Shown here piece by piece: positions 49,652 to 61,688 of a DNA stretch of 64,000 nt (positions are counted from its first letter, which is position 1; the number at the start of each line of letters is the position of its first letter). The stretch comes from Phyllobates terribilis. Its lineage: Eukaryota. The notes under the pieces were generated by a model that saw only the letters and a list, made by a program, of their open reading frames with translations, was not told the origin of the DNA and ran no database searches. The stretch lies in contig NW_027362762.1 of assembly GCF_046119375.1 (NCBI RefSeq), positions 380,184,001-380,248,000 on the forward strand, written 5' to 3'. The position numbers were made by a program, and so were the translations under genes.

Positions 49652-50701
49652 TTAGACTCCCTATCAGAGGTATCTCATCTAGCCAAATTAGGTCTCTGCT
49701 TTGCACTGAAGAGGGGTCAACTACCTGAAATACATGTCTGCAAATAGAGTTTTTGTTTTGACTTCTTGACCTAACACATGTGGCAATATTTGTTAATGGG
49801 TAAATATTGTTTTTTAGGATTGCTACTTTGAATATGTAGTGCTAGAAAGGGATGGAAACAGACAGAAAGGGGGCCCTTGTGCCAGAACAGTATATGAGCC
49901 CTTGGCAATCCAAATTCTTCATAATGCACAATTTCACCTGCTTTGAAGGTGTAAGTGGACTCCCTTACCTCTTGAGCCCCTCTGTGGTTGTACAGGTTAC
50001 ACTAATGATATATCCACCCCTTGCACTAAATTCAATGGAAGAAGAGGGGCCCCAATTATCCACCATTGAATCACATGAAGTGCATATGGTTTCTATTTGA
50101 TGTGCATTTAGAACAAAACTTGCAAAGCTTTTTTTTCAATGTAAAAATAAACAACAGGCAGAATCCAAACAGACCCCAAATAATTCAGAGGCCCCTCTGC
50201 TCCTATTTGATATATGAAGGCTCTGGAAACTGATTCTGTTAATTTTTTCCTTTCATCTAAGCAGATCAGACCAACTGAAAAGATAAATGGACATGTGAAA
50301 AGAACCTTATTTTTAGAAAGTGCATACTTAGACTAGACAGTCTTAAACTGCGCCAAATTAACCACAGTTGCCCATGAGAATGTCCAGTTAAAATTTACAC
50401 GACATATCATTTAGCTTACTTTGTGCCAGAAATTTACTCCAAAAGTTTGACATATGGTGCTTCACATTAGGCCACAACCGTTTTCCACACAGGCCACTAC
50501 CCTTTTCAACAAAGTTCCACATCTTATAGGATAGGTGTTGGCAGCGGATCATTCAGGATACTCTCAGAGCGTGTTGACAACGAACAAAGCTTTAATTAGC
50601 TATAACCAGGTACAGATATGATCGGCTTTGTGGAATCAGGAATATACATATCTTAAGTGTCTCTGTGCAGCATCAGCAGGCTGCTTCTCCTCTCATGCAC
50701 A

Positions 50702-51921
50702 TGACGCGCCCCCTGGGCCATATTCTTTAGGGGAATATCCGGAGCCGGATCAGATGGGAGTTGTAGTCTTCCGAGTGGCTGTGACCCGGTCCGTGCCCAG
50801 GGTGTCAAACTCAGTTGTATGTGGCAGTCCTACAGATGTTATTAAGTTCTTAATGTCGACTACGCCACCCGTTGTATTACGGTCACTACGGCCGCCGCTG
50901 CAGCAGGGTCCGCTGAGGCTGATGGTGTTGGTGCAGCTTTTGATAGTATAACCCCCAACGGGTGGGGTATAGCCTCAGGGGGTCAGGTGCAGAGGATGGG
51001 GGTTGTGGTGGTGCAGCATAGATGTTAAATGAAGACAGAGTCGGGTTGTGCAGTTTAGGGTATTTACTCACTGCTGATGTTCCGGTCACTCCAGCTTCAA
51101 GTGACCACCCGAGCCGTGCTGCGTCCACCAGGTCCTGGACTCAGCCAACCCCCAAACAAGTCCGGAGCGTGACCCTGAGCTCTCCTTCTGTCCTTTCCTC
51201 TGGCCGTCCCCACTAGTGATCCACCTAGGTCCAGCTCCCTCGGGCCTTCTGTTGGGACACCCTTGGCCTTGGGTTCCCTGACCCTCCACGTGGTATGCCT
51301 TCGGGGTGGATGTGGTGGGTGGCCGTGGCAGACGCTGCCCACGGCCTCCGGTCTCTGGCTAGGGTGTGCTTTTGCCCCCACCAGCTTGGGATCCGGTACC
51401 CTATTGCCGACTCTTCACCCGGGGATTGAATTTGGGTTCTCAGAGTCCTCTCTTTGTCTCCTCTGGGTCTTTCCTTCTCTGCTCCACTCTCTCTCTCTCT
51501 GGGGCTTCTCTGCTCCTCTTCCTTCTCTGACTTCTCTCTGCAAAAGGCTGGCAGACTGACTGCTCTGCAAAGACTGACCCTGATCTTAGATGGTGCCCAC
51601 CTTATATACTCCCTCTATGTGTGAGCTCAGGCGACCAGCACCCAATGAGCTCCTATCTTTACCCAGGCTGCTCCCCCTATCTGCCCCTACACTACTTGGG
51701 ATGTTCCACCCCCCTCCCACTCCAGCCAGGAACAGACTCGGTCGTACCTGCACATTTCTAAGTGGGAGTACCGTCGGCCTGCTCCTCGGAAATGGGATGT
51801 GTGTAGTGCATGCAGCCTACCGAGCTCAGATCCACACTCCATCCTTACCCGGGAGTGGAATATCACACCTCTGGGTTGAGGTGCAATACCCCTGTAGCAG
51901 CCGAATCCTCAGGGTGCTACA
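50702..51921 (-). mobile_element. Solo LTR (1220 bp) of the same Gypsy lineage as elements 1 and 2
   Basis: Minus strand TGTAGCACCC...GGGGCGCGTCA; 4-bp TSD CACA; U5 homologous to LTR1. Confidence 0.88.
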
Positions 51922-53309
51922 CACAGACACAGGAAACTGAACACAGTCACATGGTCTTTTCTGTGTGTGAGCCTCTGGGAGTTTTTTTTTTTTAACTTTA
52001 TAGACAATACACAAACCTAGCAATAGAACATTTACATACACCGGAATGGAGTTGTTGCACTAAACATATTCCAACAATAGGGCACAGAAATATTGTGCAA
52101 GTCATAAAAAGCAGCTATTGATACAAATCACTCCAGTATTCAGCCATATTTAGCTAGATGAATATCTCCCACTGTGTGATTATATTGTGTGAATGATATC
52201 TAATTCTTGTTCCATGTCGGATATATAGCTTATGCTGATCTTGTGGGTATTGCCCCTGTACCTGTGATATCAGCAGAGCGGTGTCATTATACCCTGTGGT
52301 TCAGGAGACTAGTGCCCCCCTCTGCTGATATAGTGACACTGCGCTGTTGCTGGCTTATTATTATTCCTAAAACAGAGCAGGGACAGCGCTGTGAACAGGG
52401 GAGACACCGCCAGGACAGCACAGCCCTTAAAATGAGCGTCACTGATGACACTCATTTCAGGGTGGGGTCAGAGGCTGTGGCCGGCAGTGACCGGAGCCTT
52501 TGCCCCATGATGACACTTTATTTGAGTATCCCAGCATGCACTGGGATACTCAAACGAATCGTCTTCAGACAGGAAATAGAAAAAATACATTAGCTGTTAG
52601 ACAGTGTAGTTAGGGAACGGTAGGGAATTTTTAAAACAAGTATTTTAGAAAATAGCTTAGATTATGGGGCTAAATAAATAGGGAGTTAGTAGCAAAATGA
52701 ATTTGCCTTCAGTCCACCCCTTTAAGGTCATGGAGCTCTTTTTTCATTTTTAATCACAGTATATCAAAAGCCTTTGCTTTTTTTCTCCATCAGCATTAGC
52801 TGTTTGAAGGAATGTCTTTTGCAGGACAATTCTTTTGCAGGGCATATAATATATTAAAAAATTATACTGTTTTTTCAGGAAATAATGGAAAAAAAGCAAT
52901 TCTGCAATTGTTTTGGAGGTTTCGTTTTTACAGAATTCACAGTGGAATTAAAACGGCATTTTAACTACATTCTACAGGACAGTGCTTTTACAGCAATACC
53001 AAATTTATATACCGGTAGTCTATATGTCTTACATAGGCTTATGCAACATTTAAAAACAAAATAATAACGAACTTGCCTGGCCAAAGACAAAGATCAAAAA
53101 AACATAGCATTTTAATTCTTACTAAGTCAGCAAGTTTGTATGCAGAATTGTATTTTATGAGATAAGATGTAGTTTTTATTAATATAATTTCACTGTATAT
53201 GCAACTTTTGTTCACTTTTTATTCTGTCGTTTTGGAAGAAATATGATTAAAAAAAACAAATATAGCATTTTGGGTAATCATGGCAACCTAATTTTACATA
53301 GGGAAAATA

Positions 53310-53790
53310 ATGTGTGGTTAGGTTAGCATCTTGCTATGTGGTAAGAAACAGAGGATGGTCATTAATTGTTTACACTCAGGTTGGGTCACAGTTAACAGTG
53401 GGGTACCAAAGGGGTCAGTATTGTGCCCTCCTCTTTTTAACACATTTATTAATGACCTTGTATAGGACATACAGAGTAACATTTCAATATTTGAAAATGC
53501 TACTAAACTCTGCAAGGTAATTAACACAGAGGAGAATTATTTCAAATACACATATATTTAGGCAAGCTGGAGACATGGACTGAAAATGGGAAATTAAGTA
53601 TAATGTAGATAAATGTAAAGTCATGCACTTGGTCTGAGGAAATAAAAATTTCAATTATGTGCTAAATGGTAAAACTAAATGGTAAAACATTGGTTAAAAC
53701 TGGTAATGAAAAAGACTTGCTTGTAATTGGTGCAACCGGCATGGATTTTATATAGTGTGACCAAGTTAGCTAAAAAAAGGCAATGGTAAA
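53310..53790 (+). mobile_element. CR1 LINE RT fragment
   Basis: V.SGVP.GSVL..LLFN.FINDL motif region. Confidence 0.8.
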
Positions 53791-53794
53791 AAAT

Positions 53795-54444
53795 AAAAAA
53801 AAACATTATACTCATCTTCCGATGGCCCCCGGTCTCCTTCTCCGGTCTCCCCCGTGGCCCGTGGTGTAAAAGGACCATCCATGATGTCAATTAGTCATGT
53901 GACAGGTCAAGTGACCACCGACGTCAGCGGTTGCATGACCTGTCACATAACTGAATGACGTCATGGAAGGTCCTTTTACACCATCGTGAGCCACTGGAGA
54001 GCCAAGACGTACTGGATAGAAGACCGCGGGCCATCAGAAGGTGAGGGGTTTTTTTTGTCTTTTTTTTATTTTACTATTTTTTTTTTTTTACAGGTACTAT
54101 GGTACCTGGGTCTAGAGGAGAGTCTCCTCTTCTCCAGACCCGGGTACCATCCGCACATTGAACCGCATGATATCCGCATGTGCATATGTAGTCATGTGGA
54201 TATTAAGCGATTCAATGCAAGTTAATGGCGGCAAAAATACCACGCTTACACAAAATAATTGGTAGTGCTGCATATTTTTCCGCAATTATAATCCGCAGCG
54301 GAAATTTCCGCAGCATGTGCACAGCACATGCAGATTATCATTGGGGAACATTGCAGACCTTTTACCAAGCGTTTTTTAAGCGTTTCTGCGGCAGAATTGC
54401 CGCTGCGGAAATGCTTAAAAAGCGCATAGTGGGCACACAGCCTT
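53795..54444. mobile_element. Partial Harbinger-like MITE with palindromic core, similar architecture to 14111-15086
   Basis: Core IR TGTAAAAGGACC...GGTCCTTTTACA; end ...GTGGGCACACAGCC|TTA. Confidence 0.6.
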
Positions 54445-55156
54445 AAACCATGGATGTTGTCTATCTGGACTTTTCAAAGGTGTTTGATACAGTGCCACAC
54501 AAAAGTTTTGTACATAAAATGAGAGTAATGGGACCAGGGGAATATATGTGTAACTCGGTTAACAATTGGCTCAGAGATAGGAAATAGAGGGGGGTTATTA
54601 ATGGAACACATTTCAGTTGGGTCAAACTTAACAGCGGGGTACCACAGGAGTAAGTAGTGGGCCCTCTTCTTTTTAACTTATTTATTAATGATCTTGTAGA
54701 GGGCATAAACTTTGCAAGGTAATCAACACAGAGGATGATAATTGAATATTACTGAGGGATTTATGCAAGCTTGAAGCTTGCGGTGAGAAAACACTGGGTA
54801 TAACTGTCACTGGCAAACTAAACTTTAGTATGGATGGATGGCAAACTAAACTGGTCACTAAACTTTAGTGACCAGTGCCAAGCAGCTGCTGCCAAAGCAA
54901 ATAAATTAATTTGACGTTTTAAAAAAGGCACAGATGCTCATGACAAGAACATAAATTCTGTGATGGGACATTGATTCAAGAAACTAGTGTGATTGCTGTA
55001 TGAGTGTATGTGGAGTTGGGAGAGAATTTTCCCTTAATATGGGGAAATTTAGCATTCACCTCGTGGGAATTTTGCCTTCTTCTAGATCAACAGGATATAA
55101 GTTGAACTTGATGGACTTGATGTCTACTTTCAACCGTAAAAACTATGATACTGTGA
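54445..55156 (+). mobile_element. CR1 LINE 3' fragment
   Basis: MDVVYLDFSKVFDTVPHK...; ends in a CTATGATACTGTG-type 3' tail. Confidence 0.8.
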
Positions 55157-56218
55157 CGGTTTTTCTGCAATATATCTATTCTTTCCAATTCCAATGAAAA
55201 GCAGCATAGACGGTTTGATGTGGAAGTGACAAAACACATGATTCGTGGCCATGGCTTATTACAAAAGAAAAACAGAAAACCACAGAATCAGATGCTCATT
55301 ATTGGAGAAATGCAGGAGAGGATTATGAGAAAATGGAAGTAATGGTTGCAGGAATTATTCTATCAGACACACATCAGAAAAAGAACATGTCGCTGAGTAC
55401 AGAAATTGCATCTGCTAAAGAGAGTGTCAGTGTCGCAAGAGTTTAAGGTGGCAATGAACAGAAAAGCTTAATGTATGATAAATGGCTACTGGCCGTGATC
55501 GGGCATTTGGACCCGTTGGAATATATGTCATGAAGGGTGATTCCATCTAATCAGGTTTGTTGATTTGCAGAGCAATAAGTGTTCACACACAGAGAATTCA
55601 CATAAGCTGCACCAACAGCCATTTCATGATCCAAACATTAGGGCTTTAGTATGGTTTGGTATGATTTTATTCCATGATGGAAATGTGAACACAGCCTGTT
55701 TGGAGTTCTTGCGGCATCCACAAAAGAACTTGCCGTGAGCCTCTGTGGATACCAGACGTAACCCCGTGTTACTTTTTTTCTGTGGTTTACATTAAGGCTG
55801 GGATTTCTGAAACTAATAACCAGACAATGCCTGAACTAAAACAGTAAACTGAGTTTTATGTCTAGAATATCAAACATGTGGTCTTGCAGGAGGTCCTGAT
55901 GGTCACACATTTGTATAACTGAAACCAATTCCAGCATGTCCTCTAACAAGCAAAAATATTCCTGTGCTAATTACACAGGGAAATATATCACAGGAAGGAG
56001 ACAATGGACATACACCCACCAATAATGACACAAATATAAAAAATGTATATACTTTATTAAATATCAAGAGCAGGATAAAAAACATGGGTCGCAAAATGGC
56101 ATGAAACACGGCAGGGGAGGACAGAGTAAAATAGAATACATATAAATGGATCATTAAAATATAAATGACAAGGAGACCAGTACAATAGGTCAGAGAGGCC
56201 GACATATATAAAAATATT

Positions 56219-57837
56219 CAGTACAGACCAAAAGTTTGGACACACCTTCTCATTTAACGATTTTTCTGTATTTTCATGACTATGAAAATTGTACATTCAC
56301 ACTGAAGGCATCAAAACTATGAATTAACACATGTGGAATTATATACTTAACAAAAAGGTGTGAAACAACTGAAAATATGTCTTATGTTCTAGGTTCTTCA
56401 AAGTAGCCACCTTATGCTTTGATGACTGCTTTGCACACTCTTGGCATTCTCTTGATGAGCTTCAAGAGGTAGTCACCGGAAATGGTTTTCACTTCACAGG
56501 TGTGCCCTGTCAGGTTTAATAAGTGGGATTTCTTGCCTTATAAATGGAGTTGGGACCATCAGTTGTGTTGTGTAGAAGTCTGGGGGATACACAGCTGATA
56601 GTCCTACTGAATAGACTGTTAGAATTTGTATTATGGCAAGAAAAAAGCAGCTAAGTAAAGAAAAACGAGTGGCCATCATTACTTTAAGAAATAAAGGTCA
56701 GTCAGTGCGAAAAATTGGGAAAACTTTGAAAGTGTCCCCAAGTGCAGTTGCAAAAGCCAACAAGCGCTACAAAGAAACTGGCTCACATGAGGACCGCCCC
56801 AGGAAAGGAAGACCAAGAGTCACCTCTGCTTCTGAGGATAAGTTTATCCGAGTCACTAGCCTCAGAAATCGCAGGTTAACTGCAGCTCAGATTAGAGACC
56901 ACGTCAATGCCACACAGAGTTCTAGCAGCAGACACATCTCTTCAACAACTGTTAAGAGGAGACTTTGTGCAGCAGGCCTTCATGGTAAAATAGCTGCTAG
57001 GAAACCACTGCTAAGGATAGGCAACAAGCAGAAGACACTTGTTTGGGCTAAAGAACACAAGGAATGGACATTAGACCAGTGGAAATCTGTGCTTTGGTCT
57101 GATGAGTCCAAATTTGAGATCTTTGGTTCCAACCACTGTGTCTTTGTGCGACGCAGAAAAGGTGAAGGGATGGACTCTACATGCCTGGTTCCCACCATGA
57201 AGCATGGAGGAGGAGGTGTGATGGTGTGGGGGTGCTTTGCTGGTGACACTGTTGGGGATTTATTCAAAATTGAAGGCATACTGAACCAGCATGGCTGCCA
57301 CAGCATCTTGCAGCAGCATGCTATTCCATCCGGTTTGCGTTTAGTTGGACCATCATTTATTTTTCAACAGGACAATGACCCCAAACACACCTCCAGGCTG
57401 TGTAAGGGCTATTTGACCAAGAAGGAGAGTGATGGGGTGCTATGCCAGATAACCTGGCCTCCACAGTCACCAGACCTGAACCCAATGGGGTGAGCTGGAC
57501 CACAGAGTGAAGGCAAAAGGGCCAACAAGTGCTAAGCATCTCTGGGAACTCCTTCAAGATTGTTGGAAGACCATTTCCGGTGACTACCTCTTGAAGCTGA
57601 TCAAGAGAATGCCAAGAGTGTGCAAAGCAGTCATCAAAGCAAAAGGTGGCTACTTTGAAGAACCTAGAATATAAGACATATTTTCAGTTGTTTCACACTT
57701 TTTTGTTAAGTATATAATTCCACATGTGTTAATTCATAGTTTTGATGCCTTCAGTGTGAATGTACAATTTTCATAGTCATGAAAATACAGAAAAATCTTT
57801 AAATGAGAAGGTGTGTCCAAACTTTTGGTCTGTACTG
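56219..57837 (+). mobile_element. Full-length Tc1 (1619 bp) with a truncated transposase (ORF 56633-57493)
   Basis: Long TIRs CAGTACAGACCAAAAG; right TA flank, left TT; an 11-bp deletion after 57486 removes the catalytic E. Confidence 0.92.
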
Positions 57838-57887
57838 TATGCAATAAATTCATATAAGAATGTCTGAGAACACATTTTTAATAATTT

Positions 57888-58137
57888 TTTTATTATTATG
57901 CATTGCTTATATAGCACCATCATATTCCATAGCACTTTACAGACATTATCATCACTGTCCCCAATGGGGCTCACAATCCAAATTCCCTATCAGTATGTCT
58001 TTGGAGTGTGGGAGGAAACCCACGCAAACACAGGGAGAACATACAAACTCATTGCAGATATTATCCTTGATGGGATTTGAACCCAGGACCCCAGTGCTGT
58101 AAGGCTGTGGTGCTAACCACTGAGCCACCATGCTGCA
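57888..58137 (-). mobile_element. tRNA-derived V-SINE-like element with an L2-type tail
   Basis: A box TGGCTCAGTGG, B box GGTTCAAATCC, TGTATGTTCTCCCTGTGTTTGCGTGGGTTTCC core, (TAA)n tail. Confidence 0.85.
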
Positions 58138-58159
58138 CACTGAATGTAAACAGCTATAA

Positions 58160-59480
58160 ACCCCTTAGTGACCAAGCCAATTTTTGAAATCTGAACAATG
58201 TCACTCTGGAATGCTTCAACATATTCCAGTCATTTACGTAGTGCCCGAAGTCTTGAGCCTGTGCAGTGGAATTGGAGAGCTGTGCAGGCGTGCCTCACTG
58301 TGCCCTATTAAACAGCCAGTGATTCCACTGCGCAGGTGCAAGACTTCCAGGACTACGTGAATGTTGAAGAGACGTCATCCCTTTATATGCAGTTAGGAGT
58401 GGCAGCATTTGAAGGGTCCGAGGCGGTGCTGATCACAATATGGAAACACCCATAAAACCGGACCACGCAATTTACATGCAGCGGGGACAAGTATAAAACA
58501 CTCTTTATGAGGTATGCAGGGGCACGTCTGAGGATATCAGTATTCTCATTCTTATGACCTTAAAGGTGATGGGCATAGTTTGTAAGCTAAAAAACTGGTG
58601 TCAGTTTCCCTTTAATTTCTGGAATACAAATTTGGACACTATTGCATTTGCAGAACCCCTCAGATGCCAAAGAAGCAGAAGCAGCCTCGAGTGACTCCAT
58701 TTGGCAAACATAACCCCATAATGAATTCATCTACTGCTGTGGCAAGCAATTTTAAACCACAAACTACATCACAGAATGTTATAAGATTGGGCCATGAAAA
58801 CAAAGAATTTTTTTGTTCTGGTTTTTCTGCTAAAATTTTACTTTAGCCTCATTGTTTTAATTCATACAAGGGGTAATAAGAGAAAATGGACAGGACAATT
58901 TGTTATGCAATTTTTTCCAAACGTGGGAGTACCCTACATGTTGTTGTATACTACTGTTTTAGCACATGGCAGGGATCAGAGGGGAAGGAGCGCTACAGAT
59001 TCAGTTTAAATAGATTGTGGGCTCCATTAGCTGAGCCCCTGAGGTGCCAGAGCAGCAAACAACCCCACAAGTGACTCCTTATTGGAAACTTTACTCCATA
59101 AGGATTAGGGGTGTAGTGAGTATTGTGAACCCACAGGTGCTTCATAGAATTTTATAACATTGGAACATGAAAACATAGCATTTTAATGGTAAAAGTGTAA
59201 TTCTTATATTAGATGCAGATTTGTCAGTTACACAAGGGTTAAAAGGTGAAACCCAACCCCACAATTTATTGCACAATTTCTCCCGAACGCGGTGATGCCC
59301 CATATGTCGTCAGAAATTACTGTTAGGCCACACGTCAGGGCTGAGAAGGAAGGAGCGCTTGCTAGAATAGTTTGCGGGCAACATTTGCGGAGCCCCTAAA
59401 GTGCCGGAACAGCAGAAAAAAACCAAAGTGACCCCATTGTAGAAATTAAACCTCTTAATGAATTCATCTACGACTACAGT
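58160..59480. mobile_element. Decayed non-autonomous piggyBac-like sequence
   Basis: Starts TAAACCCCTTAGTGACC; internal sub-repeats (ACCCCACAAGTGAC, AGCCCC) resemble frog TTAA elements; right end not defined. Confidence 0.4.
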
Positions 59481-59561
59481 GACTATTTTGTAACATCCAA
59501 GTCACACTTTATTCTGGAGAATCGCAAATATGCCAGTTTAGTGCCTGTACATTGTGCCCCC

Positions 59562-60356
59562 TGTAAGGCAGCGCTAGTCATCATGCTGGGGAACACTCGC
59601 TGCACCGTGTCAATTAAAGCACACCAGCCACGTTTTCCAGTATTTCCCAATCCAGCAGTTTATTACACTTCATAACTGCTTATAACATAGTCCGTCTCAG
59701 TGGCTCACCGGCATGTTTACACACATAACATCCAAGAGCCTTTCAAGTGGCAGACAGGCCCACTTGGCTCCAGTTACAGCCTTCAGCAAAGTAACTATAT
59801 CAATGTCCATATAACGCACCGCTTTTACCTTTTGCCGGGTCTAGCGGTTTCCATCAGATTTGTTCTGCCACAGCTGTGGCTTTACGGCTTCCCAGATGGG
59901 GGTCTCCAGCCCTCGTACCTTCCAAGGCTGCTGGCATCTCTTACACACACAGAGATCCAGCCTCTTCCTTTCAGGACTCTTGTCTTCCAAGCCTCTTGCC
60001 CTCCAAGGCTACTGGCATCTCTTACACACAAGGATCCAGCCTCTGCCTTTCAGGCGTCACCAGGCTTCCCCAGGCCTCTCTAGGCCTCACTAAGCCTCTC
60101 CAGGCTAACGGTGTCCCACACACAGGGAACAGGCCTCACGCCTTTCACACACTGTTTCAAAAGCACCAGGATTTATATATCCTTCAGTGCACACAGGACC
60201 TGTAACGATGTCACAGTCATGTGATCAGTCCTTCAGTGCACACAGGACCTGTAATGATGTCACAGTCATATGATCAGTCCTTCTGAGGGAGAGGTACATG
60301 GTCAGCCAGAACACACCCTGGACCATTACAGTAATGCCGCAAGCCGCTGAATTACA
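59562..60356 (-). repeat. 3' LTR (795 bp)
   Basis: Minus strand begins TGTAAT after GAGGGGGGGATA and ends CCTTACA; minus-strand AATAAA near 59660. Confidence 0.9.
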
Positions 60357-60536
60357 TATCCCCCCCTCTGTTCAAACTTGTGGGGTTGAACACATAATAT
60401 ACCCGATCACATTATAACCCACAGTTCACACAGAGACCATGTACTTGATAATTGCGCTGCTCAGCCCCTGGAACCTTAGTCATCGACATTAGCCCGTTCC
60501 TTAGGGACCTACCATCTGTCATTGTCATTGACTTCG

Positions 60537-61497
60537 TCAAGTCACATTTCCGGGTCGTAACCTTGTCAGACCTTCCCCGCTCCCAGCGTCAGCCGTAACC
60601 TTGTCAGACCTCCCCCGCTCCCAGCGGTCAGTCGTAACCTTGTCAGACCTCCCCTGCTCCCAGCGGTCAATACAGCAGTGTGACTCACATGCCCTGGTAT
60701 CTAAGGTCCGGTTCGACTCCGTACTGTCCCATACTCTATTGGGTCGTTTGTATGGGCCACTCAGACCTGAGTTACTGGAGGTCTCACTACCTCTAAACCC
60801 ACGCCTACTATCCTCAGGACATCTTGGAAAGTCTCTAACTTCTACTGTAGCCGTTCTATTATTTGAAGGGCCCTTTCTCTGTCTGGTCTCACAATTTCTA
60901 GACGGCTGCCATCTTCTGCTGCTCAGGCGATTCTGTCTTTCCACTCGCAGTCTAGTGAGAGTCAACTGTTCTACCTCTCGCAGGTAGGTCACTCGGTACT
61001 CCATGAGCATGCGTATATATGCAAGACTTTCTTCCGTTCCTACAGCGGAGAATGACACCATGCCGTCTTCATCTGATATCCAGTCCTGTCGATCACGTGG
61101 ACTCCTTACTTTCACCACACCAGACTTCTTTACCATCATCTGCATGGCTCGGCCATTTCTCCCAATGAGCTTTCTTACCAGAGCATGAGGCACCCGGATG
61201 ACCTCTTCACGCAGACTTTGAGCTTTTCTCATAAGCTCCAGTTGTCTAATGGCTTGTTCCGTCTTCAACCGGACAAACCGCTTTGTGCGAATACATCGTC
61301 AGTGCATGTCACTTAGGATAGCCACCCTCTTCACTGTGACTTCAGTTGTGGACAGGACCAACAGCTGTTTAGCTTCTGAGGTTGAGTACACCTTACAGGC
61401 TCCCATGGCCTTCTTAAACTCTTCATGCACGGACTCACTGGTGCATTCTCCTCTCAAATCCTCGGGTACATCTATGAGGCACTTGTACCGACATGTT
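60537..61497 (-). pseudogene. FXR1: Retro-captured FXR1-derived coding segment (KH0, KH2, NES, part of the C-terminus; KH1 absent)
   Basis: YKCLIDVPEDLRGEC...HEEFKKAMGAC...QLLVLSTTEVTVKRVAILSDMH*RCIRTK and VPHALVRKLIGRNGRAMQMMVKKSGVVKVR...EDGMVSF..VGTEES..YLREVEQL...DSTESNRTLDTRACESH align by eye to FXR1; stops at 61299-61301 and 61497-61499. Confidence 0.9.
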
Positions 61498-61688
61498 TAT
61501 GTCTCACCAGTGGTTTCCAGACGATCAACCGGCTCAGGTTTCAGGGACAACTGACTTTCAGCTTCTTCACCCTGTATGCTTCCCCTGAGCTGACTCACAG
61601 CTACAAATTCAAGAATTCTGTCTTGACCATTTCTATTTCATACTTATCTTCTGTTAACACTCTCTTAGCTCTCCTCAGGTCCACCTTC

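Noticed and set aside
48340-49780. Possible Penelope-like remnants (also 55860-56160)
   Set aside because: Only weak tail-like motifs; no RT or GIY-YIG reading frame could be reconstructed.
55160-55900. Unique sequence searched for 5' exons of a downstream IL1R1-like gene
   Set aside because: No open frame with convincing splice sites or signal-peptide/Ig features was found.
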